This document shows positions 42,535-54,133 of a DNA stretch of 64,000 bases, piece by piece. The stretch covers positions 310,001 to 374,000 of the forward strand of contig JAANOX010000142.1 in the NCBI GenBank assembly GCA_020184695.1, read 5' to 3'. The notes under the pieces were generated by a model. That model saw nothing but the letters and a program-made list of their open reading frames with translations, was not told the DNA's origin and ran no database searches. The translations under genes and the position numbers were made by a program. This DNA is from Histomonas meleagridis 2922-C6/04-290x (taxonomy: Eukaryota > Protista > Parabasalia). The stretch's first letter is position 1. Every line of letters begins with the position of its first letter.

Positions 42535-42990
42535 TTAAGCATTTATACCAAAAATTCTAACCTTATGCATGATTGGAAGTTTGGCAATAAGGAGGATGGC
42601 GCAACAAAGGAGATTAATCCAGAAATAGGCCAAATCCCATCCAGCTGAATCAGCAGAAACCAAAAACAATATAATTGGCATAATGGTTAAAAATTTTCTC
42701 GCACGAGTATATTGAATTTGATCATCAATTTGTTCCCAAAAAGTCATTTGTGAGTACTGACCATGATCATCAACAAATGGTGAACCTTTAATCCAGTGGA
42801 AAAGGAAAAATGTTGTTAAGCCATGCGTCCAATTAACTATTGTCCATGCAATCTTCGAGGAAATTCCAAATCCTGCGAGAACAACTCTCATTATAATGAA
42901 AAGACTTACATAGAAAACCCAGCTAAGGGGATTATCAATGAAAGAAACATTCTTGTTTAGGATTGTTGGGAGGGAAGCACTCTTCTTCAT
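42535..42990 (-). CDS. ORMDL: ORMDL/ORM1 family sphingolipid synthesis regulator
   Basis: AWTIVNWTH...FHWIKGSPF, TFWEQID...QYTRARKFL and KLPIMHKVRIFGIN. Confidence 0.92.
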   Translation of the reverse strand: MKKSASLPTILNKNVSFIDNPLSWVFYVSLFIIMRVVLAGFGISSKIAWTIVNWTHGLTTFFLFHWIKGSPFVDDHGQYSQMTFWEQIDDQIQYTRARKFLTIMPIILFLVSADSAGWDLAYFWINLLCCAILLIAKLPIMHKVRIFGINA

Positions 42991-43310
42991 TATTGTTGAA
43001 CCGTTTGTTCGTTGAACTGAAATATTTTGTGAACTTTATGTAAAACTATTTAATACAACTTTGGGGAATGAATCACTTTTTATGTGTTTACTATCATTTA
43101 TTGAATTTTTGTTATTTCGATACTTAGTTATCTCGAAAATTGACTAAAATTGAATTTGAATGCAAACAGAGCCAGTTTTGTATGATTTATATACAAGAAC
43201 AACACTACGGTAGAAAAGTATCTTTCAAATAATTGTAAACATTTCAAAAAAAGTGTTTTATGACGGCATTCCTTTCTAGAACAATAAAGCTCACAAATAA
43301 CTGAAACTAA

Positions 43311-45695
43311 ATGCTCATGATTTCCAACTTCCTCCTAACATCAATATTTTATTTCATTATTAGGTGCACCGATACACTTGACATTGCAAACAAGGACACT
43401 GTTTCACAGGATGATTATTCTTCAATCAAAGATACGATCCGATATATCAATATTGGAGAAAATGTTAATATAATTGGAATAAATGCATTTAGTACTTGGC
43501 CTGTTTTAACCCAAGTTACAATTGGTGATTCAGTTACAAAAATTAGTTCTTTTGCCTTTGCTTCATGTTTAATGTTAAAAACCGTCATATTTTCAAGTGG
43601 TAAAAGTTTACAAACTATCGAAAATGATGTGTTTTATTCGTGTGAACTTTTGACTGGGATTTCTCTCCCCGAATCTGTTACATCACTTGGAGCCAATGTT
43701 TTCTCTGAATGCACTTCTATGAAAACTGTAGTTTTAAGTCCGAATATCGAAGATATTGGGGAAAAACTTTTTTATTCATGTACTTCTTTGGAATCAGCAA
43801 CAATTGAATGTAAAACAACATCGATTGGAGTTGGTGCATTCCAAAAATGCGATGCATTAAGTAGTATCACTATTCCAGACACAGTTACATTAATAAGAGA
43901 TTATTCATTTTCATATTGTTCGAAATTAACAACAATTATTCTCAATGAAGGACTTGAAACTATTGGAATACAAGCATTTAGTTTTTGCCATAATATTAAA
44001 GAAGTAATATTACCAAATTCACTTATAACAATTAAAAGAAGTGCATTTTATCAATGTGTAGAATTAGAAACAATGGAATTTGGTAATGATTTAAAATTAA
44101 TTGATTCAAGTGCATTTTCAGATTGCACGAATTTATCAAAAGTTATATTTTCGGAAGGAATTGAAACAATTGAACAAGATGCATTTCGTAATTGTATATT
44201 TACTGAATTAATTTTACCAAATTCACTTAAAACTATTAAGAGTTTTGCTTTTTATAATTGTAATCGTTTAAACACATTAACAATTGGTGATAATATTAAA
44301 CAATTTGATGAATATAATTTAGCAGGGTTTGAACATGTCACAAATTTAACAATTGGTAAAAGTTTACAATATTTAAATAATACGCTAATTGATTTATTTA
44401 CTAATTTGAAATATTTAACAATACAAAATTTGGATAAAATTAGTTCAGGCAAATTTTATCAATGTAAACGTTTTAAACATGTAATATTATCTGATTCTAT
44501 TACAACTATTGATTCCAATGCATTTAGTTATTCTTCTTTAGAATCGATAAAATTTGGTAATAATTTATCATTCATAGGTAATACAGCATTTTATAATACG
44601 AACTTAATCGAAATAGAAATGCCAGAACCTTTAAATGAATCTAATGTAATTACAATTGGTAATTATTCATTTGCACTTAATTCCAATTTGATATCAGTTA
44701 AATTTTCAAATTCTTTCTATAATTTAGGAGAATATATATTTCAATATTGTCATAACTTACGAACAGTTATATTATCAAATAATATAAAAGAAATATCACC
44801 TAAGACTTTTTATGATTGTGTCAATTTAACTGAAATAATATTTGGAACTAATCTCGAAACAATTGGTAATTATGTATTTTATAATTGTGGATTTAAAAAT
44901 CTTACAATACCAAATTCAATAAAAACACTTGGAACCGGCGCATTTTATCAATGTGCATCACTTATTAATGTAACAATTGGAAATGGAATATATGTTTTAC
45001 CTAAGTATTCCTTTTATCATTGTTATAATTTAACTAATGTAATATTTGGAAATAATATCGAAACAATTGATGATTATGCATTTATTCAATGTGGACTTCA
45101 AAATCTTATAATACCAAACTCAATAAAAACACTTGGAGAAATAATATTTCGTGATTGTACATCATTAATTAATTTAACTATTGGAACAGGAATAAATACT
45201 TTGACGAAACTTACATTTTATCATTGCTCAAGTTTAGTTGAAGTTAATATACCTTCAAATATATTAACTATTGAAAGCCAAACATTTGAATCTTGTTCAT
45301 CACTTGTAACAGTTAATTTAAGTGAAAATATTAATTACATTTATAGTCAAGCATTTAATAAATGTGATTCATTGGAATGTATATATTATTTCGGATTAAA
45401 TGAACCACAGTATATTGCAAATGATACATTCCTAGAAATAAAAACAAACCAAGTAATAGTTAATGAATCATATAATGGAAATAAATTCGGTACATTAAAT
45501 GTTATAAAAGGATTTGTAGAATGTGGTATACCAAAACCAGAGCCTTCAAATCAATCAACACCAATAATAATATCTTCAGTAGTTATCGCAATATGTTTGG
45601 TGATAACAATTGTTCTGGTAGTAATATATATCCGTAAAAGACATATCAAATTAGGTATGGGTTATGATACATCATTGGAGGATATGAAAAAATAA
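43311..45695 (+). CDS. BspA-like (TpLRR/LRR_5) surface protein with a C-terminal TM
   Basis: Signal peptide and many repeats of the type TIGDSVTKISSFAFASC / LPNSLKTIKSFAFYNC. TM IIISSVVIAICLVITIVLVVIYI, with a YDTSL tail. Confidence 0.92.
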   Translation: MLMISNFLLTSIFYFIIRCTDTLDIANKDTVSQDDYSSIKDTIRYINIGENVNIIGINAFSTWPVLTQVTIGDSVTKISSFAFASCLMLKTVIFSSGKSLQTIENDVFYSCELLTGISLPESVTSLGANVFSECTSMKTVVLSPNIEDIGEKLFYSCTSLESATIECKTTSIGVGAFQKCDALSSITIPDTVTLIRDYSFSYCSKLTTIILNEGLETIGIQAFSFCHNIKEVILPNSLITIKRSAFYQCVELETMEFGNDLKLIDSSAFSDCTNLSKVIFSEGIETIEQDAFRNCIFTELILPNSLKTIKSFAFYNCNRLNTLTIGDNIKQFDEYNLAGFEHVTNLTIGKSLQYLNNTLIDLFTNLKYLTIQNLDKISSGKFYQCKRFKHVILSDSITTIDSNAFSYSSLESIKFGNNLSFIGNTAFYNTNLIEIEMPEPLNESNVITIGNYSFALNSNLISVKFSNSFYNLGEYIFQYCHNLRTVILSNNIKEISPKTFYDCVNLTEIIFGTNLETIGNYVFYNCGFKNLTIPNSIKTLGTGAFYQCASLINVTIGNGIYVLPKYSFYHCYNLTNVIFGNNIETIDDYAFIQCGLQNLIIPNSIKTLGEIIFRDCTSLINLTIGTGINTLTKLTFYHCSSLVEVNIPSNILTIESQTFESCSSLVTVNLSENINYIYSQAFNKCDSLECIYYFGLNEPQYIANDTFLEIKTNQVIVNESYNGNKFGTLNVIKGFVECGIPKPEPSNQSTPIIISSVVIAICLVITIVLVVIYIRKRHIKLGMGYDTSLEDMKK

Positions 45696-46374
45696 ATGTA
45701 ATTCAATGAAGCCAATTAAGTTGCATGAAGAAAGTCAGTGCTAATCATATATCAATAAACATGGAAAATGTAAACGTACAGATAGTAAATTTTGTGTTTT
45801 TTGTTTTGTTTATTCCGTAGAAATTTAAACTCATTGCAAAGGAAAAAAATTTTAACATGTTAAACATACTAAAAAATCAGTCATATGAATATTCTTCATA
45901 GATTCTCATCAATTAAAAGAGTTAACATTTTGATGGGAAAGTTTTCAAAGGTTTTTGTGAAGCCAAAATAAATTCCTTTTAATTTTATTCCCATAAGAAA
46001 AACCTTTAGTTATGATTTCAAAGAAATCAGGATGGGGTACCTCAAAATTCTTTATGTTTTTGAAAAAAATCATTTACTGTATCACATTAGTGACGAATAA
46101 TATTTTTTGAGCATAAAAGAGGATTTTGATCAAGTAAATTCGTTTGTGGGAAAAAATTAAATTCAAGATTTTTGATTTTCAAAAATAATATAAATGCATC
46201 ACATACAGCATTACATATAAAATTAAATAACATCCATTTTATTCTATAATTGAAGTTTCTGCTTATTTTCTACATTTTCAAAAATCATTTTTAATCAGGA
46301 CTTTTGCCGATGGCACTTTTACATAAATTTGACTTCGCTCTGTTCAAACAACTGATCAAAGCTTGTTTTCATAG

Positions 46375-47157
46375 ATGGCTGATCATTCCCATGCATATAT
46401 AATAATAATCGATAATACAGATTCATCAATTAACGGTGATTTTATTCCAAATCGTCTTGAAGCTCAAAAAACAGCTGCGTCAAGATTGATTCAGTATCTT
46501 TCGAAACAACCAAATAAACCACTCATTGGAATAGGTGTCATTGGAAAAGGTGGACCTGGGGTAATCACGTCTCTTACAGATGACCAAGTCAAATTAACTG
46601 ATTCTATTCTTTCCATACAGACTGGTGGGAAAGCTCAACTTGTTCATGCTATAAGGTGTGCTTTCCTTGCATTTAACAATACAGACACTCCATTTCTAGG
46701 AAAATCTATTATTGCATTTATTGGAACACATAATGATGTTGATCATGAAAAAGCTGCTATCATAGCTAGAATTGCCAACGAAAACAAAACTTCAATTAAC
46801 ATTGTTTCAATGGGAAGTGACGTTGATAACCGTAATATTCTTGAGGAACTAGTCAGAATGATTAATTGTTCATCATATTTAGTCAAAGCAGAAAGTTCAC
46901 CTTCAACACTTCTATCAGATGTAGTTTTAGCATCACCAATAGGCCCCGGCGATGGGTCACAAATATCATATGCAGATATTGATCCAGAACTAGCACTGAC
47001 AATCCAAATGTCTCTCGAAGATAACCAAGATAATGACATTGACGACGAAGAGCTTAAACGAGTAATCCAGGAATCACTTGAAGATTCCAGTTATGGAAAA
47101 ATATCCCATGAAGAACAGACTAAAAAAGAGGACCCAAAAAACCATGACAACAAATAA
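46375..47157 (+). CDS. RPN10: 26S proteasome regulatory subunit Rpn10 (vWA + UIM)
   Basis: IIIDNTDSSINGDFIPNRLEAQ, LSDVVLASPI, and UIMs DPELALTIQMSLE and DEELKRVIQESLE. Confidence 0.9.
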   Translation: MADHSHAYIIIIDNTDSSINGDFIPNRLEAQKTAASRLIQYLSKQPNKPLIGIGVIGKGGPGVITSLTDDQVKLTDSILSIQTGGKAQLVHAIRCAFLAFNNTDTPFLGKSIIAFIGTHNDVDHEKAAIIARIANENKTSINIVSMGSDVDNRNILEELVRMINCSSYLVKAESSPSTLLSDVVLASPIGPGDGSQISYADIDPELALTIQMSLEDNQDNDIDDEELKRVIQESLEDSSYGKISHEEQTKKEDPKNHDNK

Positions 47158-47236
47158 ATTATATCTGATTGTAATTTTTTAATCCATAACATTTTCATAT
47201 TGTTTTTGGTGAAGTTCCTATCGTTATCAGTTTTTC

Positions 47237-47882
47237 TACACACATCATTAACCTTGGAATGACATACGAAAAGATTAAACTTGCCGCACGTATGATTTAT
47301 GCAGTTGAAGAACCACGTGATGTTCTTGCTATTTCAGCTAAACCATTTGGTCAACGTGCAGTTCATAAGTTTTCACAATTCCTTGGATGCCTTTGCATTA
47401 ATCAACGTTTCACACCAGGTTTCTTCACTAACCATTCCATCAAAGGTAAATTTATGGAACCACGTCTTATCATTGTTTGTGATCCAAACACAGACACACA
47501 AGCTATTACAGAAGCAGCATATGCCAACATTCCATGCATTGCGCTTTGTGATACAGATGCATCACTTCGATTTGTTGATTGTGTTATTCCATGTAATACT
47601 AAGAATAAGACCTCTATTGGTCTTGTTATGTGGTTACTCACACGTGAAGTTTTACGTCTTCGTGGTGAACTTCTTCGTACGCAAGAATGGAAGGTTCTTC
47701 CAGATCTTTACTTCTATCGCGATACACGCGATGAACAAAATATTCAAGAACAAATTGACCACGAAGGAGAAGAAACAGTCGCAACTGATGTTACAACAGT
47801 TGATGCTGCACCAAATGCTGATAGTGGCGCTCCATCAACTGAACAAGAATGGAATAATGCAGGCGAAGGTGCAGGCTGGTAA
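47237..47882 (+). pseudogene. RPSA: 5'-truncated 40S ribosomal protein SA (uS2) copy
   Basis: Similarity to the 5736..6302 copy starts abruptly at about 47237 (tacacacatcattaacc). It lacks the first about 52 codons but contains RFTPGFFTN...PRLIIVCDP...[16 protein letters not shown]...IPCNTK. Confidence 0.85.
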
Positions 47883-48793
47883 GTAAACACAAAACAATTT
47901 GAAACATTTTAAAATTTATTTCACTCATTTTGTCACATTTTCAAATGAACAAATAATAAAAATAAATGTTTTAAGAAACATTTTATTATGTTTTCTCTTG
48001 TTAAACTTTTTAGGTCTTGGAAAATAAAATTAATTTCATTAACATTTGTTTTATAAAAAAGATTAAAATTAAATCAATTTTTTTCCAAAAAAACATAATT
48101 TTGACATAAAGATTTAATAGCTTTATTAAACATAAAAGTTTCTTTGAACTATATGATAGTAAATTTATATAAATGTTAGGTGTTTAATGATTATGAAACA
48201 AATTATTATTAAACATAAAAATTTTAATTTAATGAATCAAAGAACATATAATATTAATGCCAATACATGATATTTTTAAGAAAGTTAATGTAAATTGAGT
48301 TAATTTTATGGACATTACATATCTGTACTGCAACTGCTTATAAGAAAAAGATATCTGAAAGTGAAGGCAAAGTACCAATACTCATTCTGGTTACTTTTAT
48401 TAATAAAAGTACGTACTTTATATTGTAAGAATTTTTCTATCAACGCTTAATGATCAAGTTTATAGTATATAATATAAGATTTTGTTTTTATCTCCATTAC
48501 ATACTCCAATACCAGCAATAATATTAATTAGTCATACATTCAAATTTTATTATCAAGTAAAGATTCAAGTACACTGATTACTTCATCAGCGTTTAGTCAT
48601 CCGCTTGAAAGACTAGAAATTCTTGGAGTAATCTCAAGTTTTCTTTGTGTTTATATGTACTAATTCAATTTCCTTATGTTATCCTACACCTTTTGCCATT
48701 TCTGAAATGGATTAAAAAAATATTTTGAAGTCAACCATTCCATGGCTTTAAATATCAGCTTTTATGGCTATACTTTTCCTTTTCAAATTGTTC

Positions 48794-48994
48794 GAGAGTG
48801 ATCTAAAGTGGGGTTGAAATTTTAAATGATGAAAATTTTAGTAAACAAGAAGACATTGACAATGTTGCAAAACAGGTAAAAGCATTTAAGATAATCACAT
48901 GTTCGGCTAAGAACAACACAAATATTTGAAACGTTTTTGATCTCGCTATTGCTGCCGCAATTATAAAAATGGTGGTGGATGCACAATTGCTTAA
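48794..48994 (+). pseudogene. Rho/Rac-family GTPase C-terminal relic
   Basis: ESDLK (degenerate NKxD), VAKQVKAFKIITCSAKNNTNI*NVFDLAI with an internal TGA, and a frameshifted terminal CaaX GGGCTIA* (48980-48994). Confidence 0.6.
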
Positions 48995-49642
48995 AAAGGG
49001 ATATTTTTTTCTAAAATTTTGATTTATTTGTGTGTTTGATATGTAAATTTAGTTAAAAGTAAATCATTTTATAAGTTTGAAAATTTAATTTTAAGAATCC
49101 AACAGCGCTTGCATCGTTTTTTCGTTTCTAGAAGATGTTGTTAATATGTTTATTAATATTTTATATTATATATTAAATATATATTACATGTATTAATTGA
49201 AACATATTTTTAGGTGTATGTTACTCTATTTTATATTCAGAGAATTAAAATATCCTCATTTTATTTTTTTTTTCCTGTTAATTTCTACTATTAGAACACA
49301 ATACGTCAAATCACAAATTCTAACAAATTTTCGGTGATAACATATTTTCTCTATCGAACTGTGTGTTATTTTTACTTGTTTTACTCTTTGCATTAATTCT
49401 AGGATCATATGCTGACCCAGATTCCATTAATTGTAAACGGTATTTATTCAATTATGTGGAGATGAATAGGTTGCCAGATTACCATTTTAATGTTATGAAG
49501 AAATCTTCTAAAAATTGTTAAGTTGACACTATTCTTTCAATGAAAAAAATAAGTTCAAAATACTCTATCCCTGTATCGGTTCCAAATCATCTTTAATCTC
49601 AACGAAAAAAATTTCGATCAATCAGTTCAAGCAACAATTAAT

Positions 49643-52308
49643 TTGTTTGTAGATAGGCTGCCATATACATTTAACTATCTTGTTTCTAGACTTATCTATT
49701 CAGCTTTTGTTTCTCAATCAAATAAAGAAAATATATATATTAAATATTTATTAACTTTAAAAGAAAAAGAAGATGAAAAAGATAAAAACAAAAGTGAAAC
49801 TAATCTTGTTCAAATCTTTTGTGAATATTTACTGAAAATAGAAAAGCAAGAATCATATTTCCTTCTTGAAAAGATGATCGAAGAAGAAATAATTGAACCA
49901 TCTTCAGTGATGAACATGAGCACATTATATTTTTCTCAATATAAAACAAAAGAAGAAATAAATGATTTGAAGAACAAACATCCAGAACCACAATTCTTTG
50001 AAAAATTCACCTCAGCACTTGATGAATTATCAAAAGATAATTGGAAACTTCATATGCAATATGTAAAAGAAGGAGTTAATCCATTAGAAATTGCGAAAGT
50101 ACTTCGAAATGATAATTTAGAAAAGCTTCAAGAAATATCATCACATAATGAATTTGACTTTAATCAAATAATTGAGCCATCACTTTATGAAAGATGTTCA
50201 TTTATTAATACTGAAAATGTTTCATTAATTGATTATTGTGCATTTTTTGGTTCGATTAAATGTTTTAAATATTTGTTTTTAAATAATTCAGATATAAAAA
50301 ATACATCTAAATATGCAATTGCAGGTGGAAATGAAGAAATTTTTCATTTATGTGAACAAAATCATTCATCATTTACAGAAGCATATGAAATAGCGATAGA
50401 ATTTCATCGAAATGAAATTTTTTGTTATCTTTATGAAAATAAAATTGGAAAATTTTCATCTTCAAACTCTTCTTTTACAAATTCGAATTCCAATATCAAA
50501 AGTCAAGATACATGTAATTTAAGTGAAGAAAATTTAACATATCTCGGGAAAAAATGTGTAGAATTTGATAATTATGAAATCTTAATGTTTTTAGATATAG
50601 AAGGAATGATAATGAATAATGAAATTATAAAAGAAATAGTAACAAAAGGAAATACATTCATAATAGAAAGTGACATAGAAAGTCAGCAAATTCCAAAAAC
50701 AATTTTACCATATTCAGTTAAAACTGGAAATATAGAAATAGTAAAATTACTTTTAGATAAAGGAATTAATGTTAATGCAAAAACTGTTTATTTAAATGAT
50801 TTATAATATGTTTTAATAATTTGGAATATGTTTTAATAATTTGAAATGTTTTTTAATAATTTTTAATATGTTTTAATAATTTTTAATATGTTTTAATAAT
50901 TTGAAACAGCACTTCATATAGCAGTTAAAAATAATAATATAGAAATAATAAAATTACTTTTAGATAAAGAAGGAATTAATGTTAATGCAAAAAATATTCA
51001 TTTGAATAATTTGTAATATGTTTTAATAATTTGAAATATGTTTTAATAATTTGTAATATGTTTTAATAATTTTATATATGTTTTAATAATTTAAAATATG
51101 TTTTAATAATTTGAAATATATTTTAATAATTTTATATATGTTTTAATAATTTGAAATATATTTTAATAATTTTATATATGTTTTAATAATTTGAAACAGC
51201 CCTTCATATAGCAGTTAGAAATAATAATATAGAAATAGTAAAATTACTTTTAGATAAAGAAGGAATCGATGTTAATGCAAAAAACTATTCATTTGAATAA
51301 TTTGACATATGTTTTACTAATTTGAAACAGCACTTTATATGGCAGTTAAAAATAATAACATAGAAATAGTAAAATTGCTTTTAAATAAAGAAGGAATTGA
51401 TGTTAATACAAAAAATATTCATTTGAATAATTTGGAATATGTTTTAATAATTTTATATATGTTTTAATAATTTGTAATATGTTTTAATAATTTTATATAT
51501 GTTTTAATAATTTAAAATATGTTTTAATAATTTGTAACAGCACTTTATATGGCAGTTAAAAATAATAACATAGAAATAGTAAAATTGCTTTTAAATAAAG
51601 AAGGAATTGATGTTAATACAAAAAATATTCATTTGAATAATTTGGAATATGTTTTAATAATTTTATATATGTTTTAATAATTTTATATATGTTTTAATAA
51701 TTTTATATATGTTTTAATAATTTTTAATATGTTTTAATAATTTGTAACAGCACTTTATATTGCAGTTAAAAATAATAACATAGAAATAGTAAAATTACTT
51801 TTAGATAAAGGAATTGATGTTAATGCAAAATATATTCATTTGAATAATTTGGAATATGTTTTAATAATTTAGAATATGTTTTAATCATTTGAAACAGCAC
51901 TTCATGTAGCAGTTAAAAATAATAATATAGAAATAGTAAAATTACTTTTAGATAAAGAAGGAATTGATGTTAATGCAATAAATATTCATTTTAATAATTT
52001 TATATATGTTTTAATAATTAGAAATATGTTTTAATAATTTGGAATATGTTTTAATAATTTGGAACAACACTTCATATAGCAGTTAGAAAGAATAATATAG
52101 AAATAGTAAAATTACTTTTAGATATAAAAGGAATTGATGTTAATGCAAAAAATATTTATATTAATAATTTTATATATGTTTTAATAATTTTATATATGTT
52201 TTAATAATTTAGAATATGTTTTAATAATTTGAAACAGCAATTGCAATTGCTAAACAGTTGGGTTTTAGAGAAATAAAACAATTACTTAGTGAAAAAGGTG
52301 CCATTTAG
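49643..52308 (+). CDS. DUF3447-like + ankyrin-repeat protein with 8 loops carrying 2-10 spacer+codon units each; start codon uncertain
   Basis: The ORF 49643..50806 has the family motif. 2666 nt minus 41x17 nt minus 1 extra base at about 51286 leaves 1968 nt, which reads through to ETAIAIAKQLGFREIKQLLSEKGAI* (TAG 52306-52308). Confidence 0.8.
50786..52233 (+). repeat. Eight arrays of a 20-nt unit (ATATGTTTTAATAATTT + variable triplet) inside ankyrin loops
   Basis: Arrays: 50786-50905 (6 units), 50996-51195 (10), 51287-51326 (2), 51417-51536 (6), 51627-51746 (6), 51834-51893 (3), 51984-52063 (4) and 52154-52233 (4). Confidence 0.93.
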
Positions 52309-54133
52309 TTTAGACTTTGGTAAGTGTTCTACTAATTTTTTGATAACTTTCACGATTCCCACTTATCAGAACTGGTGACTAGTGGTTTATCTTTTTTAGA
52401 TTTTAGCAAAATTAAAATATCTCTTAATTGAAAGTTGATGTTACTCCAAAATAGGTGTATATTTAAATTATTTTTATATGAAAAATTTATATTTTCCCAG
52501 AACTATTGAGTTGAGAATCAATGATTATTCTGAGAAGAAGATTTTTTAAACTTGCAATGTACCATCCAAAACATATAAACCACAGAAAAATAAAAACTAA
52601 AATATATTTTTGCATCGATCATTGAATGATATTGTTAATTAGAATAATGAGAATTTGCTAAATTTAGATAGATAAATTTATCATAACTAATAATTCATAA
52701 AAGTATGAATTTATTTTTTTCTCAATTAGTTTTGAGATCATTTTATATGTTCAATCAGTTAGAAGTCAAATTTGAATGAGTGGACGAATAAAAATCACTC
52801 AATCAGCTCATATCGTTCTCGGAATTGTATACAATTTCAGAATAAAGCCAGCTAGACACTGTGGGATTGACTCATATTCGGAGAAATAGAAAAATCGACA
52901 TCATTACATATAATGTCAAATAAGTTGAAAAATGTAATATATTTAAAATTTTAAGGCACATGAGTTTTATGAGATATAAAAAATTGATAAGTGTAACCCA
53001 ATCTTGTTATTGAACAATCATTTGCTAATAAAATTTGTTCATAAAATTATAAAATCAGATTGAACATTTTGCTGAAATACATCAGATAAATTCAATAATC
53101 ATAAATCGTTTTTATCAGAAAAAATTGTATCGTTTGTACGAGAAGTTTTCAAAAATATGTATACATACAGAAATTTTTTCATTGACATAAATTATTAGTC
53201 AGGTTAAATAAGTAGATCATTAAGGTAATACGTAAATTATCATATCATAAGTTTTTTTTTGTTAAATTTATCAATAAATTAATTTCAAATATATCAAAAT
53301 TTGATATGATGATATGAAACCGAAAACAAAAAACGCTTAAATGAACAAATTTTAACAATTTTATTTTGTAACAAACCAAGGATCACAGTTAAATGGTACC
53401 ATTGCATCACAATGATAGATAAAAATAAAGCATAGAAATCCAGAACACTTTTCGGATATTAATAACGTATTTCCTGATAAAAAAGTAAAAATTTGATAAT
53501 ATTTACCATCATTCAAATTTGCTTCTATCGTCACGTATCGTCGTTGTCATCGTTCAATGTAAACTATGCAAAAGTCAATTCTTGTCACTCTTCGGAATGA
53601 AAGAATAAATTTATCTCGTGCTAATCATGATATTATAAGTAGTTGTTTATTAATCACAGATGCAACTATGTATATATTATATATCCATAATATCAAAATC
53701 GTGGGTTGATCGCTATATACGATGGGTGGAAATCGATAGTTGGGTTTAATATATAGTATTAATTAATTGATATGTATGCATATCATATTTTTACAATAAC
53801 AAACTACTTAGAGACATGTCCAAAAAACATACCCACAAAAATCAGGTGAAATATTGACTATTATAAAAAAGGTATTAAAAATTTTATCTTTTTGCAAACA
53901 ATTCCCTATGATGATGAGAATTCATTTATGTCATTGCACAAAGATTATTATAATTGTAGTCGGATTTGATTTTATATGGCCTTATTCGACAAGATATGAA
54001 AGTCACCGCGTTTTATTTCACCTCAAAGAATCTGAGTTATTTCAATGGATTATATGTTTTCAGAGCAGATTTTGAGATTCATTTTTCTGATTTCAATACT
54101 CTCTCAAACCCATAATTACGATAAGTATTAAAT

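Noticed and set aside
50786-52233. CRISPR array
   Set aside because: The variable segments are only 3 nt, the context is eukaryotic, there are no cas genes, and the arrays sit inside ankyrin coding loops.
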